DNA of 64,000 nucleotides from Bacteroidia bacterium (GCA_965279035.1 OZ257142.1:1856001-1920000); one strand, 5' to 3'. Shown: positions 50,665 through 60,622, numbered from the stretch's first letter. A program made the numbers and translations. The notes: generated from the sequence alone by a model not told the origin.

Positions 50665-50682
50665 TTAACATCAATTTAACAT
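50665..50682. promoter_or_regulatory. 7-4-7 direct repeat TTAACAT-caat-TTAACAT (OmpR/PhoB-type box candidate)
   Basis: Perfect heptamer repeat at 11-bp period, 130 bp upstream of the giant gene start. Confidence 0.45.
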
Positions 50683-50760
50683 TAGGGATGTTGTTTTTAA
50701 AGTTTTAAAAGCAGAAAAATCTAAAATCAAATACGAAGAATAAAGTATAAGGTTATTCTT

Positions 50761-52899
50761 TTATTTCCCAACGAAAACAAACTTCTTAAATGCTGTTCCT
50801 TGCTGAGATTGAATGCGTAATTGATAGATTCCTGGGGTAAACGAATCTAAAGGAAAAGTCATTATTGAATTAGCATTTTTGAATGACATGCTTTTCACAT
50901 TTTTACCATCAATCGAAAATAGATCGATTCGAACATCCTGATTTTGGTTGGAAAATGAACGCTGACGGATGCTAATATATTCTGAAGCAGGATTTGGAAA
51001 TAGTTCAAATTGATCAAGTTCTGTGCTTACAATGGCTGATAATTCATTGGAGACGTTAGGCGTTGTCATTCCTTGATCGAACAAAATCCAAGGAGCTCCA
51101 CCATTAATTTGTCTTCCCCAGCTTTGGTCTGTAGTTAAAGCAGGTACACTCACTGAATCGATGATTTGAATGGTGCCGGCAGATTCACTCAGAATGATTT
51201 TCTCACCCGCAGCCGAAATTTTAAAGTTCGTATGCAAAGCTCCTAATTCAACCGAATCATCAGCCCAAACTAATTTATAAGAACCTGCAGGCATAATGGT
51301 TTCCAAACTTCCTGTAGGGAATTGATATTTTGACAAGTTGTTTTCATCATCGCTGATGTATTTACCAGCTAAATCAATCGAATTGAGTGAAGCATTATAT
51401 AACTCAATCCAATCGCTAAACATACCATCGGGCGATGAAATAGTTGCTGAATTGGATGACATCACTTCATTAATGAAAATGGAATTTGTTGGAGGAATCG
51501 GAGTATCGTTATCTTGAATGATGAGATCAAACGCATCTTGAAATCCTGCAATAAATCCTGCACTCGGATTTTCTATGCTCATCGTTAAGGTCTCATTGCC
51601 TTCTATGGATAAATCATCTACCGTTGAAATTGCGATGGTTGTATCTGTTAATCCAGCGGCAAATGCAATAGTAATTATTCCTCCGCTTGGACTTGGTGAA
51701 CACGAATAATCAGCAGAAGTTAATCCAGCTCCTTCGCTTAAATGAACATCAAAACTCCCACTTTGAGAAGCTGCAGGTTCTAAATGAACAATGACTGAAT
51801 AAGAATTTCCTTCGGGAATTTGCATGCTTTCAATTGAAAACTGAATTGTGGAAGCATTATTCAAATCGTTCACAATAAGTAATGTTTGAGATTCGCTTCC
51901 GATCGAAAGTCCTGCACTAATATTATTAATATTCAAGGCACCTGTTTCTTGTCCTTCAGTTATTCCATCTTCATTTGCAGCAATTTGCACAATAAAAGAA
52001 ATGGCTCCAGCTGGAATAGTCACTGGAATTGATGCCCCGCTGAAAGTTGGAGTTGATGTTAAATCGGCTGATGTCAACATTCCAGTAAGCAATAAATTAA
52101 GGGTTTGGATACTAGAAGTTGCTGGGTTGAAATTCAATTGAATTTCTTGATATGGTGCACCTTCGGTCAAGGTAATTTCACTTTGTTCTAAGGTAACTAC
52201 CGATGGAGTTTGTCCAGTAAATGTGAAATTCCAAGCTGGCCAAACTGTATTTCCTGCTATAGCAATATCAACTGATGAGGTCCAGTTTGCTGAGTTGAAG
52301 ATGGCATCGTGAATTTGAGACGCAGTACCATTGAATCCATCGAGATTGAAAAATAAATTTGGAATGATATCTCCTAAGTTGATTGGAGCTTGTGCCGATT
52401 CGCCCAATACGAGGGGAGATGGTAAGCAAGTTATATTGGTATTAGGAGTTCCGGTTACACAAATCGTTTCAAAACTGCTGTTGCTAATAGCTGCAATAAA
52501 GGATGGACTGGAATCCGCACCGGTGTATGCTAAAATTTGTTCACCGGCTGAAGATAAATTGGGTAATTCACCAACAACAGAACCTGGACCTGTGAGGAGT
52601 GAAAGTCCATTGGCAATATTATCATCGGCAATATAAACGATTGCTCCCGCTAACAATACATTCGAAGGACTTGTCCATACGAGGGTTTGTTCATTTGCCC
52701 ATAAGGCAGTTCCGTCCCAGCCATTATCAGTAAAAGAGATGGAAGTGTTAGCTGGTAAATCTTCTAAAGTCACAAATGCAAATCCATCAGGAGCTGAGTT
52801 TTGAAAACCGACAAAAGCAATTCCACCAACATTGGGCACTTGTGCAAAAAAATTGATGAATGTGATAGTTGTAAGAAAAGTAAGTAGCAGTTTTTTCAT
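50761..52899 (-). CDS. T9SS cargo paralog 3: FTDN domain + 2 Calx-beta-like + lamin tail domain + CTD
   Basis: GGIAFVGFQ..PDGFAFV..ISFTDNGW; INEVMSSN..DWIELYN..HTNFKIS; LFPNPA CTD. Confidence 0.85.
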   Translation of the reverse strand: MKKLLLTFLTTITFINFFAQVPNVGGIAFVGFQNSAPDGFAFVTLEDLPANTSISFTDNGWDGTALWANEQTLVWTSPSNVLLAGAIVYIADDNIANGLSLLTGPGSVVGELPNLSSAGEQILAYTGADSSPSFIAAISNSSFETICVTGTPNTNITCLPSPLVLGESAQAPINLGDIIPNLFFNLDGFNGTASQIHDAIFNSANWTSSVDIAIAGNTVWPAWNFTFTGQTPSVVTLEQSEITLTEGAPYQEIQLNFNPATSSIQTLNLLLTGMLTSADLTSTPTFSGASIPVTIPAGAISFIVQIAANEDGITEGQETGALNINNISAGLSIGSESQTLLIVNDLNNASTIQFSIESMQIPEGNSYSVIVHLEPAASQSGSFDVHLSEGAGLTSADYSCSPSPSGGIITIAFAAGLTDTTIAISTVDDLSIEGNETLTMSIENPSAGFIAGFQDAFDLIIQDNDTPIPPTNSIFINEVMSSNSATISSPDGMFSDWIELYNASLNSIDLAGKYISDDENNLSKYQFPTGSLETIMPAGSYKLVWADDSVELGALHTNFKISAAGEKIILSESAGTIQIIDSVSVPALTTDQSWGRQINGGAPWILFDQGMTTPNVSNELSAIVSTELDQFELFPNPASEYISIRQRSFSNQNQDVRIDLFSIDGKNVKSMSFKNANSIMTFPLDSFTPGIYQLRIQSQQGTAFKKFVFVGK

Positions 52900-52947
52900 G
52901 GTATCAAGCTTAATCGAATGGATATCGGTTTATGTACTGAAATGAAT

Positions 52948-54111
52948 CTAAAAAAGGTATTGCCAACCAATTCGGTATTGATTTACCCAATCGGGAGCAT
53001 TGATTGCTTCTGACTGAATAACATGAATGTATTGAGCTTTGATCATCGATCTGAAACCATTGATTTGATATGCCATTGCAGCTGAAATACGTTCATTTGT
53101 ACCAATCAACAAATCGTTTGCATTATAGCTTTCATAACGTCCCGAAAGTATCAAATTTAATGGTCGAATATGATAGTTAAGTTGAGCAGCATATCCTCCG
53201 GCAAATACATTTCCTCCCGTGTTTTTTCTAGAATTTCCGTAGAATAAATAACTCGTTGAATCTTGAGGAGTCATTTTCATTCGGATAATTTCGAACTGAG
53301 CAGAAATTCCATTCCATTGGGCTGCTGCATCAAAACCAAATGATGTTTTTTCTCCATCAATGAGTTTAATTCCATAACCACTAACAGCACCAGCAGGGAA
53401 AAAGGCTCCTTGAGGTAATTTCCTATTCGTATAACGACCACTCAAACCTAAACCAAACATGGGTTTTTTCACATGACGTGTATCAATTTCCTGATAACGA
53501 TATTGAGTTGGCCAACCTACATTCAAACGTCCGGTATATTCCAAGGCTCCGCTAGCATCATTATCACCTTTCAAACTCACTTCACCTAAACCAGTATAAA
53601 TACCGAGATTGATTGAAGCCCGTTGTTTCCAAAAGCTTTTCGAAAGTTCAGCGCCCACATCACGCATACTTGCGAAACTTCCACGTAAAAATTCGGGACG
53701 TTGCCAATAGACAGAACTTGTAAATGGAGTTAAATCGGAACGTGACCAAGAGATTTTTCCATATCCCATGCGGATATCGAACCATTTCAATCCTTTATAC
53801 ATCATCCAAGCATCCATCAATCCGGGGTTTTCTGGATCGTTTGCACCAGCAATGATATCGGCAATATCGAATTGAATTTGATATTCCCAGTTTTTACCTC
53901 TACGACCGTCAATTTGAATTTGAGCATCGCGCAGGTTAAAGCGGTTTTTACTTTTATCTAAAACCCCCGTGGATAAATCTCGGTAATTGTAATAAGTAGA
54001 AAAGCAACCCGAAATTTCTAAGGAATTATCTCCGTTTCCTACAGCCGTTTGAGCGTGTGATTGGAATGAAAATGCCCAAATAAAAACAATCCAAATTCTA
54101 TTTAACTTCAT
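52948..54111 (-). CDS. Outer-membrane porin, probably phosphate-selective porin O/P (OprO/OprP)-like
   Basis: Start MKLNRI (54111) with signal peptide; RFNLRDAQIQIDG, LMDAW..Y, RDVG motifs, Arg/Lys-rich strands; C-terminal WQYLF. Confidence 0.7.
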   Translation of the reverse strand: MKLNRIWIVFIWAFSFQSHAQTAVGNGDNSLEISGCFSTYYNYRDLSTGVLDKSKNRFNLRDAQIQIDGRRGKNWEYQIQFDIADIIAGANDPENPGLMDAWMMYKGLKWFDIRMGYGKISWSRSDLTPFTSSVYWQRPEFLRGSFASMRDVGAELSKSFWKQRASINLGIYTGLGEVSLKGDNDASGALEYTGRLNVGWPTQYRYQEIDTRHVKKPMFGLGLSGRYTNRKLPQGAFFPAGAVSGYGIKLIDGEKTSFGFDAAAQWNGISAQFEIIRMKMTPQDSTSYLFYGNSRKNTGGNVFAGGYAAQLNYHIRPLNLILSGRYESYNANDLLIGTNERISAAMAYQINGFRSMIKAQYIHVIQSEAINAPDWVNQYRIGWQYLF

Positions 54112-54820
54112 ATGAACTTGTTTTTGGATCGTTAAAGAAATACAGTCGATGACCATCATCACTCAAGATTAATAATCGCCCATCAGGTAGAAATGCCAAG
54201 CCTTCTGGATTTAAAACAGGTAATTTATAGCGTTTGATGATTGTTCCTTTTTTCCAATCAGTTAGCCAGAGTTCTGCTTTTTCATCACTCAATAACCAGA
54301 GGGATTTACTATTCCAACAAGCTGAAGAAACATCACCCGGAACATTCCATTGAGTTCTGCTAATCTCTTTGAGATCCTTATCGAGAATGAACATCCAAAC
54401 AGGTTCTTTCTCAGTGAATAGTAAGTATTGATTTTCGTTAGTTTTCGTAATCCCTTCGAAGGATTTATTCCTTCCACCTTCGTAAGGAATATAGTTGGTA
54501 CTAACCAATGAAAAATCACTTATCAGGTATTTTTTGATAAAACGATTACGCTCTTCAACTACATATACATACTGTTCATCAGCATAAACACCTTCAGCAT
54601 CCACCAAATTTGTCGTTGTTGAACGAAGCACTTTTCCATCCCAATCGGTTTCATACAAACCACCATGATCACTCACGATAAATAAGGATTTACCATCAAA
54701 CGAAACAGCCACATCCGAAGGCTCAGGAATCGAAAGAGCGATAGATTTTATTTCCTTAAGTGAGATAATTTCTTGTGCTTCTAAGGAACTAATTAGCAAG
54801 AAAATAAATAGGTATTTCAT
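54098..54820 (-). CDS. SdiA-regulated/YjiK-like beta-propeller protein (exported)
   Basis: PEPSDV, LFIVSD, DAEGV, NKSFEGIT..EKEP, NPEGLAF blades. Confidence 0.85.
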   Translation of the reverse strand: MKYLFIFLLISSLEAQEIISLKEIKSIALSIPEPSDVAVSFDGKSLFIVSDHGGLYETDWDGKVLRSTTTNLVDAEGVYADEQYVYVVEERNRFIKKYLISDFSLVSTNYIPYEGGRNKSFEGITKTNENQYLLFTEKEPVWMFILDKDLKEISRTQWNVPGDVSSACWNSKSLWLLSDEKAELWLTDWKKGTIIKRYKLPVLNPEGLAFLPDGRLLILSDDGHRLYFFNDPKTSSYEVK

Positions 54821-55380
54821 TGGTTGGGATTTCCAGGAGTAGGGTTGGAGGGATAAATCCAGTTATTAACTCCATCGGGAGTACGTGCATTCGACATATT
54901 ATCTTCGGTTTGTAAACCAAATGAAGTGCTATCAACAACGAAGGAAACGTTATTCACTTTATGATAAAGTGCCACATGTTCACCCGAAGATGATAAACCG
55001 AAATTGGTATGAATCTGTGGTGCTAAACGTATAGAATCATCACAAAAAATCACTAAGAAATCACCAGGGCCGATAGTTCTTTCGGGCAATTCAAATTTTT
55101 CAGGATCGGCTGGATTATCCGAAATAAACCAGGTTCCTTGTTTTAAGGTATATGATTGTGACGCAGAATTATAGAGTTCAATCCAATCACTTGTATTGCC
55201 TAAATCGGTCGTCAATAAAGAACCCTTTGCAAGGACTTCATTTATTTTAATGTAATAAAAAGCATTCGAATCTGATGGTGTGATAATAATTGGATCCTTT
55301 TCAAAAATTCGATCTTTTGTACACGAAACGAAGCTGAAAATGGAAATGAATACGAGTATTGGAAGCGATCTAAATTTCAT
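54817..55380 (-). CDS. Lamin tail domain lipoprotein
   Basis: Lipobox FVS-C; IKINEV..SDWIELYN..HTNFGLSSSGE..TPGNPN. Confidence 0.88.
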   Translation of the reverse strand: MKFRSLPILVFISIFSFVSCTKDRIFEKDPIIITPSDSNAFYYIKINEVLAKGSLLTTDLGNTSDWIELYNSASQSYTLKQGTWFISDNPADPEKFELPERTIGPGDFLVIFCDDSIRLAPQIHTNFGLSSSGEHVALYHKVNNVSFVVDSTSFGLQTEDNMSNARTPDGVNNWIYPSNPTPGNPNQ

Positions 55381-55387
55381 AGAAAAA

Positions 55388-57607
55388 TTAATGAATGACC
55401 ATTACTTGTTGAGTTTTCGAACGCAATGAATTATTTACGTTAACATAGTATATCCCATCTTTTACATCTGTCAACATCGATAATTGTTGATTCATCCCTT
55501 TGGATAAAACTATACTTCCTCTGTAAACTACTTTTCCTGTTTGATCAATTACCTGAATGCTTGCTTTTTCGTTTTCATTTCCTGAAATCTTTAAATCAGA
55601 AAGACGTGAAACAAGCGAAGGATAAATTGAAAGTGATAGCGAATGATCGATCATATTGATTCCAGCACTCGTATCAGGAACAATCGGATTGGTTAATCGT
55701 GTGAAAGCTCTACGATACCAATCAGCCAATTGCGCATCATGAACTACTAAAGTGTTCTCGTCATTTTTTGTATTGGCATTGTTCGACCAATTGTGAGATC
55801 CAGTCCATACAATCGGATCACTTTCCGAACCTGCATCTACCACAAAAAACTTATGGTGCATGATGACATTGGTATCGGGATTCACTTTTAAATTTGCTCC
55901 TAACGTGCTAAATAAACTAGCATATACTGTTGTCGTTGTTGCATCATCAATATAACATTGTGAATTTACACCTTGAGTAGTTACCGAATCAATCGCTTGA
56001 GCAATTTCGGCTCGTGTAATTAACATCGTAGCAATATGAAGACTATCATCAGCAGTCAAAATGGTTCTTACTAATTGGTCGTTTGTATTATCGCTCGGAC
56101 TGAAATAACATTCAACACGTTTACCACCAATAGTAAATTCATGTGGTGTATTATCTTGTTTAGCTGATCCAAATCGTGAATTCAATGTATCCGGTAAATC
56201 ACCGTTACTTCCCCACATTTCTTCAAATTCTAATTGATAGGTGCGTGCTAAAGTTTGATCTTGAACAATGATTACGTTATTCGGATCTCTATTTATTTGA
56301 CGATCTGTCCAATTGGTGCTGCCTGTCCATACAATTGGTTTTGCTGGATTTGTATGATTGGCATCGATCACGACAAATTTATTATGCATGATGGTATAAC
56401 TACCGCCAGTTGGACTTACTATTTTCGGGATAGCTGGTAGTAAATCATTTACTCCAAAGTTTGTTGGAACCTGATTTCCATCGGAAATGAATCGCACTCT
56501 CACACCACGATTGTAAGCTGCATTTATAGCTGCTGAAATAGAAGAAATGCTCGCATTATCGAAATCGTAAATGGTCAAATCCAAGGTTTCTTCTGCACGA
56601 TTGATATAGGCTACTAGCGAATCGTCGAGTAAGTTTAATTGAGCTAATTGAGGCAGATTAGAACCATTGGCAGTATCAACCGGGTGATTGAAATAGGCTT
56701 TAATCCAACCCAAAGAATTTGATTGTGTGCCAAAAACTTTTATCGGTCCATACGCTGTATTCCCATTTGCTGAAGAAGATACTTGGTAATAATAAATTTG
56801 TCCGGCATCAACAGTAGATAAATCAATTGTATGATTAGAAGTTGGTGTATTATCGACTTCAGATCCTAATTCAAGAGCAGGAGTTAATCCATAATTAACT
56901 ACCGTTGTTCCTGGGATATTCGTTGTCCATGAAAATGTAACATTATTTTGTTGAATGTTACTTAATGTTACAGCAGATGTAATGTTGATTCCATCAGGAG
57001 TGATGAAATCATTCATGTCTCTTGCTAAAACTTGATATATAGTATTGTATTCGGAACAAATTCCAACCAAATCAATCGAACCAACTGGAATTGTTTGTCC
57101 AACTAATGCAGTTCCATTTTTTACATATATAGTAGCTTGTTCAGCTCCATATGAAAAAGTATATGAGGTATTTCCTGTAATAGTACTTCCTCCATCCGAA
57201 AACACAACACCATTTAATCGAACCAACTCACTTTCGAGCGTTTCGTTTAGCTGTGATGGCGTAACCAATTGTGGAGTAGGAAGCGTCGTTTGTCCAAAAG
57301 GGGTTGAAGCCGTTACCGGATTGAGTTCAAACAGTCCGTTAAAATCGACTATCGTTCCGCTCACTTCCACACTGTCGCCTCGATTTAATTGACTAGCAAA
57401 AGAAGTACTGTAGATTGCTAAACCACCTGTTCCATCTTCAATATACCGTATCAAACCCAATTCAGAACCGTTGGTGATTACACCTCGGATTGTTACGTTT
57501 GCGTTAATTCCTTGAAGTCGGGCATCGGCAATTGTTGTCTGACTGTTAACATTGCCGGAAAATAAAATACAAACAGCGAAGAAAAATTGATTGAAAAAGT
57601 AGCGCAT
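55388..57607 (-). CDS. T9SS-secreted phospholipase D/Nuc-superfamily enzyme with N-terminal OB folds and FN3-like domain
   Basis: Two HxKxxxxD motifs (MHNKFVVID..GSTNW; MHHKFFVVD..GSHNW); OB-like TTIADAR..VTIRGVIT..GDSVEVSG; SWTT..YG..YYYQVSS; CTD SIYP..GIYYV. Confidence 0.88.
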   Translation of the reverse strand: MRYFFNQFFFAVCILFSGNVNSQTTIADARLQGINANVTIRGVITNGSELGLIRYIEDGTGGLAIYSTSFASQLNRGDSVEVSGTIVDFNGLFELNPVTASTPFGQTTLPTPQLVTPSQLNETLESELVRLNGVVFSDGGSTITGNTSYTFSYGAEQATIYVKNGTALVGQTIPVGSIDLVGICSEYNTIYQVLARDMNDFITPDGINITSAVTLSNIQQNNVTFSWTTNIPGTTVVNYGLTPALELGSEVDNTPTSNHTIDLSTVDAGQIYYYQVSSSANGNTAYGPIKVFGTQSNSLGWIKAYFNHPVDTANGSNLPQLAQLNLLDDSLVAYINRAEETLDLTIYDFDNASISSISAAINAAYNRGVRVRFISDGNQVPTNFGVNDLLPAIPKIVSPTGGSYTIMHNKFVVIDANHTNPAKPIVWTGSTNWTDRQINRDPNNVIIVQDQTLARTYQLEFEEMWGSNGDLPDTLNSRFGSAKQDNTPHEFTIGGKRVECYFSPSDNTNDQLVRTILTADDSLHIATMLITRAEIAQAIDSVTTQGVNSQCYIDDATTTTVYASLFSTLGANLKVNPDTNVIMHHKFFVVDAGSESDPIVWTGSHNWSNNANTKNDENTLVVHDAQLADWYRRAFTRLTNPIVPDTSAGINMIDHSLSLSIYPSLVSRLSDLKISGNENEKASIQVIDQTGKVVYRGSIVLSKGMNQQLSMLTDVKDGIYYVNVNNSLRSKTQQVMVIH

Positions 57608-57675
57608 ACCTTTGTTATGATTGAGTTCGGAAAAAAGACTCCGATTTACAAAGGTTCGGCTAGGGATTGCAAACT

Positions 57676-57715
57676 AGGTTAAGTGAAAATTAACCTTCTT
57701 TGCTTTTTAGGTTAA
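57676..57715. promoter_or_regulatory. Three TTAACCT heptamers upstream of the PLD operon
   Basis: AGGTTAA 57676-82, TTAACCT 57690-96, AGGTTAA 57709-15. Confidence 0.4.
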
Positions 57716-57739
57716 ATGTGAAATTGGAGAAAATCGATT

Positions 57740-59158
57740 TTACAACTCCTGATCACCAAAAAATCCTGAATGAAAATTCACAAAATACAATCGTTCTTGA
57801 GCACGTGTTGTGGCAGTATATAACCAGCGCAAATAATTTCGATCGAGCAATTCTTCGGTCACATATCCTTGATCAACAAATACACATTTCCATTGTCCAC
57901 CTTGTGCTTTGTGGCACGTTACTGCATAAGAAAATTTCACTTGAAGCGCATTCAAAAATGGATCAGCCTTCATCAATTTCATTCGTGCCGATTTGGTAGG
58001 AACACTGGAATAATCTTCCGCAATCACTTCACGTAGTTTTTTCTGTTCTGGCCATGGCAAACTCGCTTGTTCTATATCTAAGGTGTTCAATAATAAACGG
58101 ACTTCGATATCTGGTTCATCTGGATAATCGATGAGTCGGACTTGTGCATCCGCGAAGCGAAAACCACCTTTTTCGTAGCGTTTTCCTAAGCGTTGAATTT
58201 CCATCGTATCACCATTAGCAATAAATCCTGGTCCGCTCGTTTCGGGAAGCCAATGGTAGTTGTTCTTTACCACCATCAAATGATCACCGCTGCTTATTTC
58301 TTCTTCTTGCCAGCGTATTCGTGCACGGATTTGTTTGTTATAAAGGTTGGCATTTTTGTTTGATCGCGTAATGACTAATACTTCATCTGTACCATATTTA
58401 TTATATGCCGAATTCAAGGCATCTTCCAGCTCCATTCCGCTAATGCGCATCACATCCTGAAATCCTTCCGCCACCAAATTGGGAAAGGTATTCAAGCTCG
58501 CATCCAATTGATTTCGAATCTGTGTCGCATTAAATAAAATCCCACTTTCTAAACGCTGACGCATCACTTCGGTTAATCGACTTTCATCCACATGAAGAAA
58601 ATAATGTTCCCGTAATTCTTTGCTGTCTAACGCTGGACTTTCTTCCAAGCCAACTGGTGGTAACTGTGCTCCATCGCCAATTAAAATCAATCGACATTCA
58701 TTTCCACTCGTTACATATTGAATCAAATCGCCAAGCAGGTTTTGTTCTGTTTCGAAATTTTCTCCACCAATCATCGAAGCTTCATCCACAATGAAAACAG
58801 TGCGACGATGCTTGTTCTGTTGCATGGCGAAGTGCATTCCCAAATCGCCACTTTGTGCAAAGTAGATTTTCTTGTGAATGGTATAAGCTGCTTGTTTGGC
58901 GTAAGCCGATAGTACTTTAGCTGCACGCCCGGTTGGTGCTAATAAAACCGTCCGCAAACTAGTTAAAGGCAGCGTTTTTACTAATGATCGAACTATACTT
59001 GTTTTCCCCGTTCCTGCATACCCTCGAATGACAAAAACACGATTCGCTTCAGGTTTTGATAAAAACTCAGTGAGTTGACGAAATAGCAATGCCTGTCCCT
59101 CGGTTGGAGGGAAGCCGAGGTGCTTTTCTAATAAGCCGATAAAGTCGCTCTTGGTCAA
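57740..59158 (-). CDS. ATP-dependent RecD-like SF1B DNA helicase
   Basis: GYAGTGKT, LAPTGRAA, VDEASM, GDGAQLPPV, RQ, HKAQG, YTATTRA. Start probably TTG 59158, because -7 TATCTTTG (59183-90) overlaps the ORF-track start. Confidence 0.9.
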   Translation of the reverse strand: MTKSDFIGLLEKHLGFPPTEGQALLFRQLTEFLSKPEANRVFVIRGYAGTGKTSIVRSLVKTLPLTSLRTVLLAPTGRAAKVLSAYAKQAAYTIHKKIYFAQSGDLGMHFAMQQNKHRRTVFIVDEASMIGGENFETEQNLLGDLIQYVTSGNECRLILIGDGAQLPPVGLEESPALDSKELREHYFLHVDESRLTEVMRQRLESGILFNATQIRNQLDASLNTFPNLVAEGFQDVMRISGMELEDALNSAYNKYGTDEVLVITRSNKNANLYNKQIRARIRWQEEEISSGDHLMVVKNNYHWLPETSGPGFIANGDTMEIQRLGKRYEKGGFRFADAQVRLIDYPDEPDIEVRLLLNTLDIEQASLPWPEQKKLREVIAEDYSSVPTKSARMKLMKADPFLNALQVKFSYAVTCHKAQGGQWKCVFVDQGYVTEELLDRNYLRWLYTATTRAQERLYFVNFHSGFFGDQEL

Positions 59159-59211
59159 TCCGTGGTTTTGGGCTAAACTTGCCAAAGATAGAGAAGCTCA
59201 TTACTTAAGCG

Positions 59212-60081
59212 ATGTTTCATCCAACTCCACTTGTACAATATGCCGATCCTGCATTTAGTCAGGAACGAACCCGACATTGCCGTTTACGATTACAGGTGTC
59301 TGAGCATGAGTTAAGTCTGGCTGTTTACGATCCATTGGCAGATGCTTTTCCTTTAATTGAACGGTATCCTATTCGTAAAGGATATGCTCAACTAAAACCA
59401 CAGGAAGCACTCGCTCGAATTTTACAGACACATGCTTTAACGCGACTTGAATTTCAATCGGTTGAGGTCATTTTAGTTACTCCCGAGTATACACTTGTTC
59501 CTGCAAGTTTATTCGATTCGAATCAGGCTAGCGATTTTCTTCAACTCAATCATTCCATAAAAAACGAAGATGTTATAAGTTGGGAACGATTCGATACGCA
59601 TGATTTGTATTTCGTGTATGCTTGGCCCAAAAGCTGGCAACAGGTTATTGAAGCTCAATTTCCAAGCGCTCGGATTCGTCACTACACTTCACTGTTAGCG
59701 AGTGGTTTACTTCCCGATTCATTAGGACAAACAATTGTGTTTGTTCACGTTCAGGATTTTAGAGAAGACATTATCGTTATTGCAGATGGAAAACTACTCC
59801 TATTTAATAGTTTTCAATTTCAAAGTCCAGAAGATTTTCTGTATTTCATCATCTTGACTTATGATCGATTGTCGCTGCAACGCGATACAATTCCATTGCG
59901 ACTATTGGGTGAAGTGGAATCGGGATCGGCCATTTATGCCTCCTGTTACAAGTATATACGGGATGTGAATTTTATTCCTCGACGATCGGCAGGTTCAATC
60001 CCCAATCCTGAAGGAGTAACTGAAGCTTTGCCGGCCCATTTTTATTTTAATTTATTACACTTGAGCGATGCGGATTATTAG
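59212..60081 (+). CDS. DUF3822 family protein
   Basis: TLVPASLF, LLLFNSF..PEDFLYF, YIR; typical position between recD-like gene and rsmD. Confidence 0.85.
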   Translation: MFHPTPLVQYADPAFSQERTRHCRLRLQVSEHELSLAVYDPLADAFPLIERYPIRKGYAQLKPQEALARILQTHALTRLEFQSVEVILVTPEYTLVPASLFDSNQASDFLQLNHSIKNEDVISWERFDTHDLYFVYAWPKSWQQVIEAQFPSARIRHYTSLLASGLLPDSLGQTIVFVHVQDFREDIIVIADGKLLLFNSFQFQSPEDFLYFIILTYDRLSLQRDTIPLRLLGEVESGSAIYASCYKYIRDVNFIPRRSAGSIPNPEGVTEALPAHFYFNLLHLSDADY

Positions 60082-60622
60082 CGGAAAATGGCGTGGGAAA
60101 ATCATTCAAGCTCCCGAAAACTTGCCAGTTCGACCAACCACCGATATGGCCAAAGAAAGTTTGTTTAATTGGATGCAAACACGCATTGATTTGGAAAACG
60201 CAACGGTGTTTGATCTTTTTTCGGGGACAGGAAATATCACCTATGAATTATTGTCACGAGGCGCTGGAAGAATTGTTTCGGTTGATAAAGATCCGAGCTG
60301 TGTGAAGTTTATCAAGAGGATGAGTGATCAGTTGCAAGCAGGAATTGTCGATGTTTTTCAGGCAGATGCGCGCGTAGCGATAAAACGGGTGCATCAAAAA
60401 TTCAGACTCATCTTTGCTGATCCTCCTTACGAATATCCCGATCACGAAAAGCTGAGTCTTGAAATATTAGAACTTCATCTTCTCGAAGAAGATGGTTGGT
60501 ATATACTTGAGCATCCTGCATCGGTTGTACTTTCGCATATTCCGGGCTATTCCGAAACTCGGCATTATGGGAAAGTCCACTTTTCTTTCTTTCAACAAAC
60601 GCCAATTTTGAAAGTCGTATGA
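60068..60622 (+). CDS. rsmD: 16S rRNA (guanine966-N2)-methyltransferase
   Basis: MRIISG, RPTTD..KESLFN, DLFSGTG, DPPY. Confidence 0.95.
   Translation: MRIISGKWRGKIIQAPENLPVRPTTDMAKESLFNWMQTRIDLENATVFDLFSGTGNITYELLSRGAGRIVSVDKDPSCVKFIKRMSDQLQAGIVDVFQADARVAIKRVHQKFRLIFADPPYEYPDHEKLSLEILELHLLEEDGWYILEHPASVVLSHIPGYSETRHYGKVHFSFFQQTPILKVV

Noticed and set aside
55388-59158. Helicase next to a PLD nuclease as an anti-phage defence system
   Set aside because: The PLD has a signal peptide and T9SS CTD (extracellular). The RecD-like gene is in its usual housekeeping context opposite DUF3822-rsmD-coaD and is separated from the PLD gene by a promoter region
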